Assembly: GCA_044372695.1 (NCBI GenBank)
Contig: JBILRJ010000001.1
Location: 1-37,784, forward strand
Source: Spirosomataceae bacterium
Lineage (GTDB): Bacteria; Bacteroidota; Bacteroidia; Cytophagales; Spirosomataceae
DNA length: 37,784 bases
Reading direction: 5' to 3'
Shown: piece after piece, positions 1-9,298 of the stretch
Layout of the letters: each line of letters starts with the position of its first letter
Position numbering within the stretch: position 1 is the first letter of the stretch
Notes under the pieces: model-generated
The model's input: the letters and a program-made list of their open reading frames with translations, nothing else
What the model was told of the DNA's origin: nothing
Database searches by the model: none
Program-made: the position numbers and the translations under genes

Positions 1-330
1 TTTTTATTATATTCTTCGATTTTTCTCTCTTACTCTTTCCACTACTCTCCGGTTGCTGAGCTTGTCGAAGCATCTCTCTTCGAGTTTCCTCTCTTCTCTC
101 TTCCCATTTTCTATCTTCTCTCTTCTCCGGTTGCTGAGCTTGTCGAAGCATCTATCTTCTTCCCCGCTGCCTTCGAGAGCCTCAGGCACCGGCTGGTAAA
201 GTGATTTTTATTATATACTTCGATTTTTCTCTCTTACTCTTTCCACTACTCTCCGGTTGCTGAGCTTATCGAAGCATCTCTTCTAATCTTCTCTCTTCTC
301 TCTTCTCTCTTCTCTCTTCCAGTTTTCTCT
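1..330. repeat. Repeat mosaic: (TCTTCTC)n tracts, hairpin repeats and a 76-bp direct repeat
   Basis: CCGGTTGCTGAGCTTRTCGAAGCA at 49, 127 and 253; reverse-oriented variant at 169-192; 1-76 recurs at 205-280. Confidence 0.9.
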
Positions 331-392
331 AACATTAATCAACCGTTAAATAATTAACCTTTTTTTCTTTTTAAAAATTACGTAAAATCACA

Positions 393-400
393 TATATTTG
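393..400 (+). promoter_or_regulatory. Putative Bacteroidota -7 promoter box
   Basis: TATATTTG matches TAnnTTTG, upstream of the 627 CDS. Confidence 0.45.
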
Positions 401-466
401 CTACTCAATAATGTATCACTTTGCTCAAATTAATATGGGAGTCAAAGCGGCGAAGCCGTAGAAGGA

Positions 467-508
467 AGGTAAAAGGTAAAAGGTAATAGGTAAGAGGTGA
501 TAGGTAAG
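467..508 (+). repeat. (AGGTAAN)6 heptamer tandem repeat
   Basis: aggtaaa aggtaaa aggtaat aggtaag aggtgat aggtaag. Confidence 0.9.
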
Positions 509-520
509 AGAATTTTGGTT

Positions 521-626
521 TCAAGTTTTCTCTCTTCTCTCTTTCAGTTTCCTCTCTTCTCTCTTCTCTCTTCCAGTTTCCTCTCTTCCCATTTTCTCTT
601 CTCTCTTCTCTCTTCTCTCTTCTCCA
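521..626 (+). repeat. Polypyrimidine (TCTTCTC)n tract abutting the start codon
   Basis: Heptamer periodicity runs to within a few nt of the TTG at 627. Confidence 0.9.
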
Positions 627-1157
627 TTGATCGACCAACTCTTAACCGGTAAAATACGTGTACAACTTTTAACCAAGTTGTTGCTTAATCCTGCTAGCAA
701 GGTGTATTTGCGTGGCTTGGAAAGGGATTTAGGCGTGAGCTCCAATACAGTGAGGTTGGAATTGAATAAGTTGTCGGATTTAAAGCTGATTGAATCCAGC
801 GAAGATCCGGAGAATAGTAAAGTGAAAAATTATTCCATTAACCAAGCACACCCGCTCTTTCAATCTTTGCGGGGAATCATCCTTCAATTTGTGGGCTTGG
901 ATCAAATCATCGAAAACATCTTGAAAAAAGTAGGAGACCTGGAACAGGTTTACTTAACCGGCGATTTGGCGGAAGGAAAAAATACGGCCTTTGTGGATTT
1001 GGTTTTGGTAGGTGATGTGGACAAAAATTATTTATACCAATTGATAGAAAAAATAGAACCCCTCATCCAAAAGAAAATACGAGTGGCCTTGATTAGCCCA
1101 CTGGAATACTCTTTGGGCATGATGGATAGTGTAGGGGTAAAGATGCAGCTGCTTTAG
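627..1157 (+). CDS. Winged-helix (ArsR-like) protein with C-terminal nucleotidyltransferase-like domain
   Basis: N-terminal HTH (YLRGLERDLGVSSNTVRLELNKL); C-terminal VYLTGDLAEG...VDLVLVG resembles a degenerate GS..DxD minimal NTase motif. Confidence 0.75.
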   Translation: MIDQLLTGKIRVQLLTKLLLNPASKVYLRGLERDLGVSSNTVRLELNKLSDLKLIESSEDPENSKVKNYSINQAHPLFQSLRGIILQFVGLDQIIENILKKVGDLEQVYLTGDLAEGKNTAFVDLVLVGDVDKNYLYQLIEKIEPLIQKKIRVALISPLEYSLGMMDSVGVKMQLL

Positions 1158-1568
1158 AAGAGAGAAAACGGGAAGAGAGAAGAGAGAAAATGGGAAGAGA
1201 GAAGAGAGAAAATGGGAAGAGAGAAGAGAGGAAACTGGAAGAGAGATGCTTCGACAAGCTCAGCAACCGGAGAAGAGAAGAGAGAAAAGAGAAATGATCG
1301 ATGCTTGAGCGGATTCGAAGGCGGAGGGTTAAGAGGTAAGAGGTAATAGGTAAAAGACCGATGCCTGAGCGGAGTCGAAGGCGGAGGGTTAAGAGGTAAA
1401 AGGTAATAGGTAATAGGTAATAGGTAAAAGGTAAAAGGAGACCGATGCTTGAGCGGAGTCGAAGGCGGAGGGGAAGAAGAGAGAAAACTGTGTCTTTGTG
1501 TTAAAAACAACACTTTTTAAAACACGAAGACACAAAGAAAAAAATCGTGCTTTTGTGGTAAATAAAAC
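1156..1568. repeat. Repeat mosaic: (GAGAAGA)n, (AGGTAAN)n, hairpin repeats and a 14-bp inverted repeat
   Basis: Purine tract from the stop codon; TGCTTCGACAAGCTCAGCAACCGG at 1247; CGATGCYTGAGCGGAKTCGAAGGCGGAG units near 1299, 1357, 1441; IR 1489-1502/1521-1534. Confidence 0.9.
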
Positions 1569-1586
1569 AAGCCAACTGCTAAAAAA

Positions 1587-2954
1587 TTGATTTCAGAAAA
1601 TCAACATATAGAATACAAATCCAGTTTCAATGATGCTGTTATTGAATCTGTCTCTGCTTTTGCAAACACAAAAGGAGGAAAAGTCTATATTGGCGTGGAT
1701 GATTTTGGTCAACCGATTCCTAGTTTTTTCGTTGGAAAAGAAAGTGTTCCAAAATGGATTAACGAGATTAAAAATAAAACACAGCCTAGTATTATTGCTG
1801 ATATTGAGTCGGAACAATTACTTGGGAAAGAAGTAATCTGTATCCGAGTGAACGAATTTCCCATTAAACCAGTAGCCTGTAAGGGGCGCTATTATCAAAG
1901 GGTTAATGGAGCCAATCATCAATTGAATGCAATTGAAATTACCAACCTAAGTTTACAGTCCTTGCAACTTTCGTGGGATTCGTATCCTGCTCAAGGTAAA
2001 AGTTTAGCTGATTTATCAGAGTAAAAAATAAATTTGTTTTTTGATAAAGTAGCAACAACGGGTCGTTTTTCACTAGAAGGCAACTGGATTGAAAAATTAG
2101 AAAAACTAAAATTAATTAAAGGAGATAACATAACTAATGCAGCTTGGTTGTTATTTGCTCGTGAACCAACGGGATATAATGTTCATTTAGGAAGATTTAA
2201 AACACCTTCCATGATTATTGATGACAAAATGTTGAATGGCACTTTGTTTGAAGTAGTCGAAGAAGTGATGAAGTATATCATCGGTCAAATCAAAGTGGCA
2301 TTTGAAATTACGGGAATGCCTACGCAGCGTACAGAAGTTTTTGAATATCCATAGCAGCTTTAAGGGAGATAGTTTTAAATGCCATTATTCATAGAGATTA
2401 TACAAGTCCTGTTGATAATCAATTTAAAATTTTTGATAACAGTATTAGTTTTTTCAACCCTGGGGCACTGTACGGCAACTTAACTATTGCTGATTTACAA
2501 AAAGATAATTACCAGGCCATAGCTAGAAACAAATTAATTGCAGAAGCCTTTTATCTAACAGGAGATATTGAAAAATATGGTAGTGGGTTTGTGCGTATGC
2601 GAAAAGAACTAAGTGATTACCCAACTATGTCATTAGTATCACAAGAAGTAGCTAATGGCTTTATGAATACAGTAAGTTACACGCAACAAAAAATAAGTGT
2701 AACGCTTAAAAATGAGGGATTAAAAGGGGTTAAATGAGGGGTTAAATGAGGGATTAAATGAGGGGTTAAATGCTTTGTTGCAACTGATAATTCAAAAACC
2801 AGGTATTCAAGCTAAGCAAATAGCCATTGAATTAGCTAACAGGCCACTCAAAACGATTGAGCGACAAGTTAAAGATTTAAAAGAAAGAGGTTATATAGAA
2901 AGAAAAGGTAGCAGAAAAACCGGAGGATATTACAGCATTCATGGCAAAAATTAG
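1587..2954 (+). pseudogene. Disrupted AlbA_2 (Schlafen-like) + RecG_C/HATPase-like + wHTH protein
   Basis: ENQHIEYKSSF..SAFANTKGG (AlbA_2); in-frame TAA at 2022; frameshift near 2352 continuing as ALREIVLNAIIHRDY..ARNKLIAEAF..IEKYGSG; second frameshift near 2724; C-terminal HTH ending IERKGSRKTGGYY and TAG at 2952-2954. Confidence 0.85.
2711..2768 (+). repeat. 12-bp tandem repeat (AATGAGGGRTTA) x5 encoding an NEGL linker
   Basis: Five units; the second is 2 nt short and causes the frameshift. Confidence 0.85.
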
Positions 2955-2989
2955 CGAATGTTTTATATTGTGTAAAACAGTTTGATAGG

Positions 2990-3285
2990 AGGGATTAAAA
3001 GGTAAAAGAAAAGAAACCGATGCCTGAGCGGAGTCGAAGGCGGAGGGGAAGAAGAGAGATGCTTCGACAAGCTCAGCAACCGGAGAAGAGAGAAAATAGG
3101 AAGAGAGGAGATAGAAGAGAGAAAATACCGATGCCTGAGCGGAGTCGAAGGCGGAGGGTTAAAAGGTAATAGGTAATAGTAGAGTCGACCCTCGCGGTCG
3201 ACTTTGGTAAAAAATAAAATAAGAAACCGATGCCTGAGCGGAGTCGAAGGCGGAGGTTGTGAGAGAAAATAGGTAAAAGGTAAGT
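2990..3285. repeat. Repeat mosaic with hairpin repeats, heptamer tracts and a GTAG-type REP-like palindrome
   Basis: Hairpin units at 3016, 3060 (reverse), 3127, 3226; GTAG-AGTCGACC-CTCGC-GGTCGACT at 3179-3203. Confidence 0.9.
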
Positions 3286-3315
3286 ACCATTTTTAGAAAT
3301 TTTCATGTTAGAAAA

Positions 3316-4848
3316 TTGAACACGCAATTTGTAAGAATGAGATTTCTAAGTAAGAATTTGTTAGAACAAAAAAAATATTATCTCCTTTCTATTTTTTCTC
3401 TTCTTTCTCTTCTTTCTCTTCATTTTGCTGTTTTCTCTCAAAAAAATGACACCCTCCATCATGCACATGTGGAACTAGGAGGAGTGCTAAGTACAGAAGG
3501 ACTTACACCTCTTTGGATGCGAAGTTTGCAATATGGCGCGGTGCCTTATCAAAATCCGGGGGGTATTTTGAAAGCTTATATCGGTAAAAACTATTTTGTG
3601 CCCTCCAAGCGTTTTCACCGTGCCAAAACCTACGATTGGAGATATGAATTAGAGGGAATTGGTTTTTTAGGAAAAGAAAACGATTTTAGGTTGGTACAAG
3701 CCTATGTGGCGGGGAAAAGAAAAAAATGGGAATTTTGGCTGGGCAGAAGAAAAGAAATCATTGGTTTGGGAGATAGTACCTTAAGTAGTGGTTTTTATGC
3801 TTGGTCTGGCAATGCCCTCCCACCTGTTAAATACCACATTGGTACAACAGATTACATGGATTTGTTTCAAGGAAATATTGGCCTATTGATGTCTTATTCC
3901 GATGGATTGCAAGACAACAGCGGGCCCACCATGAATGCTTACATCCATCAAAAGGCGCTTTATGGCCGGATAGGAAAGCGTACAGCCCGACTAAATTTAT
4001 TTGGAGGATTGAACCACAATGTCTCTTGGGGTGGTGAAAGAAAACTAAAAACTGGTGGAGAATCCGACCTTTATCCGAGTAATTTAAGTACCTATTTTTA
4101 CGTGATAACAGCTTTGAAAGACCGAACTTTGGTGGAAATAGACCCCAATACATCTAGCGATGATGCGGGTAATCAATACGGAAACCATTTGGGAAGTATT
4201 GATCTAGCCTTGAAATTACAGACCAATTTGGGGACTTTGCTTTTGTATAAGCAAACGGCTTATGAAACAGGGAGAATTAGTTCTCTATCCACGGCAAATG
4301 ATGGGATCACAGGTATTTCCTGGAAGAACCCTGATTTAACGGGGATTAACCATGTCGTATTGGAATATATTTACACAGCTAACCAAGGAAATTATACCTC
4401 CGGTTTGGCACAAATCTTGGGATTAAAAGATTCTCAATTGAGTCAAATAGAAGGATATTACAACAACGGAGGCCGTGGAGGTTGGCATTACCAGGGCAAA
4501 GGATTAGGCAATCCCTTGCTTCCCATAGACCGAGAAAGCAATTTGAAGCAAGGGTATGCCTTTAGTTATAACGCAGTCAAGGCGATTTATGCAGGTTTAG
4601 GCGGCAATTTTCCCAATGGTTTAACCTATCAATTGCGGGCTTCTTACAGTTTACACGGCATCCCAAGAAACCATTTGTCACCAAGATTACGTTCCGAGGA
4701 TATGCTATCACAAACAGCCATGGGTCTGCTTGTAAAAGGGACCTATCAAGATCGCTACCATTGGACTGCCCAGCTAGGCTATGACCGCGGAGAACGATTG
4801 GAAAACAGCATCGGAGGCGGATTGAGTGTTAGGTATGTGATGAGGTGA
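3316..4848 (+). CDS. Capsule assembly Wzi-family outer-membrane protein (start may be ATG 3337)
   Basis: Signal-like N-terminus; TPLWMRSLQYG, LSSGFYAWSGNALP, GNHLGSID and GNPL motifs; beta-barrel-like C-terminus. Confidence 0.75.
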   Translation: MNTQFVRMRFLSKNLLEQKKYYLLSIFSLLSLLSLHFAVFSQKNDTLHHAHVELGGVLSTEGLTPLWMRSLQYGAVPYQNPGGILKAYIGKNYFVPSKRFHRAKTYDWRYELEGIGFLGKENDFRLVQAYVAGKRKKWEFWLGRRKEIIGLGDSTLSSGFYAWSGNALPPVKYHIGTTDYMDLFQGNIGLLMSYSDGLQDNSGPTMNAYIHQKALYGRIGKRTARLNLFGGLNHNVSWGGERKLKTGGESDLYPSNLSTYFYVITALKDRTLVEIDPNTSSDDAGNQYGNHLGSIDLALKLQTNLGTLLLYKQTAYETGRISSLSTANDGITGISWKNPDLTGINHVVLEYIYTANQGNYTSGLAQILGLKDSQLSQIEGYYNNGGRGGWHYQGKGLGNPLLPIDRESNLKQGYAFSYNAVKAIYAGLGGNFPNGLTYQLRASYSLHGIPRNHLSPRLRSEDMLSQTAMGLLVKGTYQDRYHWTAQLGYDRGERLENSIGGGLSVRYVMR

Positions 4849-4918
4849 TGTTGGTTATTTAAGTTTTCTAAAATTTTACCTAATCATTCAAGAATTTTCA
4901 ACTATTGCTATTGCCAAA

Positions 4919-5338
4919 ATGAAACAAAAAGCCATCATCGTCAGCGGATATTTTAATCCGATACATAAAGGACATCTAGAGTATTTTATTAATGCCAAAG
5001 CATTGGGAGATTACTTATTTGTGATTGTAAACAATGATGTCCAAAGAGCCTTGAAGGGTTCCAAAGAATTCCAGGATGAGCAGGAGCGGATGTTCATTGT
5101 GCAGAACATCAAAGCAGTAGATCAATGCATTTTGTCCATTGATACTGACCGTACAGTAATGGCAACCTTGCAAAAAATCCATGAAGAATTCCACTCCTTG
5201 TATGATTTAGCCTTTGCCAATGGAGGAGATCAAAACAACGATACCATTCCTGAAAGAGCCATTTGTGAGGAATTGGGAATAGAATTGTTGGATGGATTAG
5301 GGAATAAAATTCAATCTAGTAGTTGGTTGATTAAATAA
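4919..5338 (+). CDS. Cytidylyltransferase-like (HIGH) nucleotidyltransferase
   Basis: VSGYFNPIHKGH, FANGGD, KIQSSSW motifs. Confidence 0.85.
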   Translation: MKQKAIIVSGYFNPIHKGHLEYFINAKALGDYLFVIVNNDVQRALKGSKEFQDEQERMFIVQNIKAVDQCILSIDTDRTVMATLQKIHEEFHSLYDLAFANGGDQNNDTIPERAICEELGIELLDGLGNKIQSSSWLIK

Positions 5339-5390
5339 TAACAATTATTACATGCTCCATCTTAGGCTTATGTAATGCATTAAATTGTAA

Positions 5391-6440
5391 ATGACGGGAA
5401 ATAATTATTTGATATCAATTATTATGCCAGCCTTTAATGTTGAAAAATATATTAAAGATTCAATCATTTCAGTGATTAATCAATCGTATAAAAATTTAGA
5501 ATTATTGATTTTCGATGATTGCTCTTCAGACAATACAATTATTGAGATTAAGAAATTTGATGATACGAGAATTAAGTTATTTCAAGGCAATATGAATTTG
5601 GGTGCAGCGAAAGCCAGGAATTATTTACTCTCTAAAGCTAAAGGCGATTTTATTGCTTTCTTAGATTCAGACGATATATGTTTAAAACATAGATTTAAAC
5701 ATTGCATTTCTTATTTTGAAAACAATCCGAAAATTGAGTTGCTAGGTGCTAAAACCATCTTAATTGATGAAAAATCAAATAGATACAACTTTGTTAAGTC
5801 TTTTGAGACATTTAATTATAGGGACGTAGAGGCTGACCTTTTTTTTAATAACACATTTTCTTTATCTACAGTAATTTTTAGACGAAGTATTTTAAAGTAT
5901 ATGATTTTTGATGAAAGGTATGAACCAGCGGAAGATTATGAACTGTTTTCCAGGATTTCAAGCCTTGTAAAAATGGAAAACATTAATAAAAGTTTGGTAA
6001 AGTATCGAATTAGTCCAAACAGCTTAAGTTTTACTAAAAAAGATAAATTAAATGGTGTTTTTAATTTTATTAGTGAAAGATCTTTTAAAAAATTAAATAT
6101 TGATGTAACATCCGAAAGACTAAGTATTCATAATGACTTCTTAAATTCCGGACACTATGATGCTAGTCAACTTGATGATAGCGTATTATTTTATTCCTTA
6201 ATTATAAAAAAAAACACTGAATTTCATACTTTTAATGAGGAATCCTTATTAAAAGCAATTAGAAAAAATTGGTTTTTAAAATCTATGCATTCATCAAAAA
6301 AAAACGGAATATTATCTTTATTTTATTATTGGACAAGATTTCCATTTCATAATTATACCGTCTTAAAAGATAGTATTTATATACTAGCCTACATTATTAA
6401 AAACCATATTAGAAATAAGATTAAATATTTTATTTATTAA
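5391..6440 (+). CDS. Glycosyltransferase family 2
   Basis: ISIIMPAFN, DDCSSD, FLDSDD, EDY motifs. Confidence 0.9.
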   Translation: MTGNNYLISIIMPAFNVEKYIKDSIISVINQSYKNLELLIFDDCSSDNTIIEIKKFDDTRIKLFQGNMNLGAAKARNYLLSKAKGDFIAFLDSDDICLKHRFKHCISYFENNPKIELLGAKTILIDEKSNRYNFVKSFETFNYRDVEADLFFNNTFSLSTVIFRRSILKYMIFDERYEPAEDYELFSRISSLVKMENINKSLVKYRISPNSLSFTKKDKLNGVFNFISERSFKKLNIDVTSERLSIHNDFLNSGHYDASQLDDSVLFYSLIIKKNTEFHTFNEESLLKAIRKNWFLKSMHSSKKNGILSLFYYWTRFPFHNYTVLKDSIYILAYIIKNHIRNKIKYFIY

Positions 6441-6446
6441 TAATAG

Positions 6447-7439
6447 ATGTTTAATATACATTTAAAAAACGGCAAATCATTCTTTTGCGATGCTAATTCA
6501 ACAATTTTTGAAGCCGCGAAAAGTAATGGAATTATTCTTGAGCATTCTTGCTTAAAGGCAAGATGTAGAAGTTGTGCCGTTCAAATTCAAACAGGTTCTA
6601 CAAAAGATAAGCATGACGATTTGGTATTATCGATACAAGAAAAAGCAAATAATTGGACATTATCTTGTAATTCTATACCAACGTCAAATTTAATCTTAGA
6701 CATTGAAGATTTGGGAGGTATTCAAATTTTTGAAAAAAAAATTATTCCTGCGAAAATAAATTCCATTGAAAAATTAAATGATACAGTTGTAGAAGTTAGC
6801 TTAAGACTGCCTCCAAATTCTAATTTCGCTTACAATGCTGGGCAATATGTTAACATTAGCAGAGGTGAAATTAAGAGAAGTTATTCAATTGCAAATACTT
6901 TTAAAGAAAATGGAATACTCACCTTCTTTATCAAAAAATATGATGGTGGACTAATGAGTAACTATTGGTTTGAGGATGCAAAAGTTAATGACTTACTTCG
7001 TATTGAAGGGGCTTTGGGATCATTTTTTTTAAGACAAACAGATTTTGAAAATATTATTTTTTTGGCAACTGGTACAGGAATTGCACCTTTCAAAGCCATT
7101 TTAGAAAATTTAAGCGAAGTTGGCTCTGCATCTTCAAAAAAGAATATTTCACTTTATTTTGGGGCCAGATACGAAAAGGATATATTTTGGAATCCATATG
7201 ATATTGACAGTCAAATTAATTTGAATTTCATTCCCGTATTATCAAGGCCCTCAGATGAATGGTCTGGAGAGAGAGGTTATATTCAAGACATTCTAATAAA
7301 GCAAAACTTAGATTTATCAAAAGCCCAAGTCTATGCTTGTGGCTCTGAAATGATGATTGAAGCGGCAAGAAAAATCTTACTAGAAAGTGGATTGAAGGAA
7401 AATAATTTCTTTGCAGATGCTTTTGTCCCAACCAATTAA
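6447..7439 (+). CDS. ascD: CDP-6-deoxy-delta-3,4-glucoseen reductase (E3), 2Fe-2S/FAD/NAD
   Basis: HSCLKARCRSC ferredoxin motif, RSYSIA, ATGTGIAPF, YACG; directly upstream of rfbFGH. Confidence 0.85.
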   Translation: MFNIHLKNGKSFFCDANSTIFEAAKSNGIILEHSCLKARCRSCAVQIQTGSTKDKHDDLVLSIQEKANNWTLSCNSIPTSNLILDIEDLGGIQIFEKKIIPAKINSIEKLNDTVVEVSLRLPPNSNFAYNAGQYVNISRGEIKRSYSIANTFKENGILTFFIKKYDGGLMSNYWFEDAKVNDLLRIEGALGSFFLRQTDFENIIFLATGTGIAPFKAILENLSEVGSASSKKNISLYFGARYEKDIFWNPYDIDSQINLNFIPVLSRPSDEWSGERGYIQDILIKQNLDLSKAQVYACGSEMMIEAARKILLESGLKENNFFADAFVPTN

Positions 7440-7448
7440 AAATAAAAC

Positions 7449-8225
7449 ATGAAAGCTGTAATATTAGCAGGCGGTTTAGGTACGCGTTTAAGCGAGGAAA
7501 CGGTTTCCAAACCAAAACCCATGGTTGAAATAGGAGGAAAGCCTATTTTATGGCATATAATGAAAACGTATTCCTATTATGGAATAAATGATTTCATCAT
7601 CTGTTGTGGTTATAAGGGCTACATTATCAAAGAATATTTTCAAAACTATTTTTTACATCAATCGGATGTTACGTTCAATTTGAAAGATAATAAAATGGTT
7701 GTACATGAGGAAAGAGCGGAACCGTGGACGATTACATTGGTAGATACAGGTGATGATTCAATGACTGGAGGAAGACTAAAAAGAGTAGCCTCTTATTTAG
7801 ACAATGAAGACTGTTTCTGTTTTACTTATGGAGATGGTGTTGCAGACATAAACATAAAGTCCTTGATTGAATTCCATAAATCACATGGAAAAGAAGCCAC
7901 ACTAACCGCTACTTTTCCGCCGGGTAGATTCGGCGCGCTAGAAATTGTCAATAATGAGGTTAAGCAATTTCAAGAAAAACCAAGAGGCGACGGCGCTTTA
8001 ATTAATGGTGGTTACTTCGTTCTTTCTCCAAAGGTAATGGATAGAATTATTGGTGACAAAACAATTTGGGAACAAGAACCTCTAAAAGGGCTTGCAAGTG
8101 ACAATCAATTGATGGCATTCAAACATGAAGGATTTTGGCAACCAATGGATACCTTAAGAGATAAATATTATTTAGAGGAATTGTTAGAAACAAATTCAGC
8201 ACCTTGGAAGATATGGGAAGATTAA
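7449..8225 (+). CDS. rfbF: Glucose-1-phosphate cytidylyltransferase
   Basis: ILAGGLGTRLSEET..KPKPMVEIGG, TYGDG, GFWQPMDTLRDK. Confidence 0.95.
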   Translation: MKAVILAGGLGTRLSEETVSKPKPMVEIGGKPILWHIMKTYSYYGINDFIICCGYKGYIIKEYFQNYFLHQSDVTFNLKDNKMVVHEERAEPWTITLVDTGDDSMTGGRLKRVASYLDNEDCFCFTYGDGVADINIKSLIEFHKSHGKEATLTATFPPGRFGALEIVNNEVKQFQEKPRGDGALINGGYFVLSPKVMDRIIGDKTIWEQEPLKGLASDNQLMAFKHEGFWQPMDTLRDKYYLEELLETNSAPWKIWED

Positions 8226-9298
8226 GGGGAAATCTTAACCCTACATTTTGGAAAGGGAAAAAAGTGTTTATTACAGGACATACTGGTTTTAAAGGAAGTT
8301 GGTTGTCTTTGTGGTTACAAGATATGGGAGCAGTCGTAAAGGGATATGCTTTAGAACCCAATACAACACCTAACCTATTTACCGAAGCGAAAGTGGGTCA
8401 AAATATGGATTCTGAAATTGGAGATATTACCAATTTGAAACATATTACTGATTCAATGTCAGCATTCAATCCAGAAGTTCTAATCCATATGGCAGCACAA
8501 CCCTTGGTTAGACTTTCTTATCAGGAACCTGTTCTTACGTATGCAACGAATGTAATGGGAACTGTGAATGTTTTAGAGGCCGCAAGAAAGTGCAGCAATT
8601 TAAAAGCAATTGTTTCAGTTACTACAGATAAGTGTTATGAAAACAAAGAATGGGCATGGGGCTATCGTGAAAATGAAGCAATGGGTGGACATGATCCCTA
8701 CAGTAGTAGTAAAGGGTGTGCTGAATTAGTAACCGCAGCTTATAGAAAATCATTTTTTAATGATACTCATTCCGCTTTTTTAGCGTCAGCTAGAGCAGGA
8801 AATGTAATTGGAGGTGGTGATTGGTCAGATGATCGATTAATTCCTGATATTTTAAAAGCTTTTGAAAGAAACGAACCTGTAATTGTTAGAAACCCTTTGG
8901 CCACTCGGCCATGGCAACATGTCTTGGAGCCTCTTTCAGGTTATTTAGTATTGGCGCAACATTTATACGAAAAAGGAAGTGACTTTGCAGAGGGATGGAA
9001 TTTCGGGCCTAAAGGTGAAGACTGCAAGCCTGTAAGTTGGATTTTAGATAAAATGGTAAGCAAATGGGGTAAAGGAGCTTCTTGGGAGTTAGACAAAAAT
9101 AACAATCCGCACGAGGCAGGGTATTTAAAATTAGATTGCTCCAAAGCTGCTATGCAATTGAACTGGCGTCCTAAATGGAATTTGGAAGATACCCTAGAAA
9201 GCATCATCAATTGGCACCAACACTATATATCAGGAAAAAATATTCAAGAATTATGTTTGCTAGAGATAGCAAAATATCAAAAGGATCAAAATGAGTAA
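8204..9298 (+). CDS. rfbG: CDP-glucose 4,6-dehydratase
   Basis: TGHTGFKGSWL, HMAAQPLVR, YSSSK, RPWQHVLEPL. Confidence 0.95.
   Translation: MEDMGRLRGNLNPTFWKGKKVFITGHTGFKGSWLSLWLQDMGAVVKGYALEPNTTPNLFTEAKVGQNMDSEIGDITNLKHITDSMSAFNPEVLIHMAAQPLVRLSYQEPVLTYATNVMGTVNVLEAARKCSNLKAIVSVTTDKCYENKEWAWGYRENEAMGGHDPYSSSKGCAELVTAAYRKSFFNDTHSAFLASARAGNVIGGGDWSDDRLIPDILKAFERNEPVIVRNPLATRPWQHVLEPLSGYLVLAQHLYEKGSDFAEGWNFGPKGEDCKPVSWILDKMVSKWGKGASWELDKNNNPHEAGYLKLDCSKAAMQLNWRPKWNLEDTLESIINWHQHYISGKNIQELCLLEIAKYQKDQNE

Noticed and set aside
46-1273. Classical Bacteroides Mpi-type invertible capsule promoter
   Set aside because: Arms are long and repeat-derived, enclose a whole gene, and no invertase is in the window; kept only as a general inversion hypothesis.
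1299-1484. CRISPR-like array of about 30-bp repeats (also 3016-3257)
   Set aside because: Spacers are low-complexity heptamer tracts of unequal length, copies are dispersed in both orientations, and no cas genes are present.
7-1513. Minus-strand ORFs 7-189, 405-638, 521-745, 1154-1513 (also 3073-3327, 25222-25452)
   Set aside because: Low-complexity translations of repeat tracts, or antisense to a real gene.
1587-2954. Stop-codon readthrough or programmed frameshifting
   Set aside because: Three lesions of different kinds fit decay better; other genes use the standard code.
4919-5338. Teichoic-acid-like CDP-glycerol pathway
   Set aside because: No polyol-phosphate transferase recognised in the window; substrate cannot be inferred.
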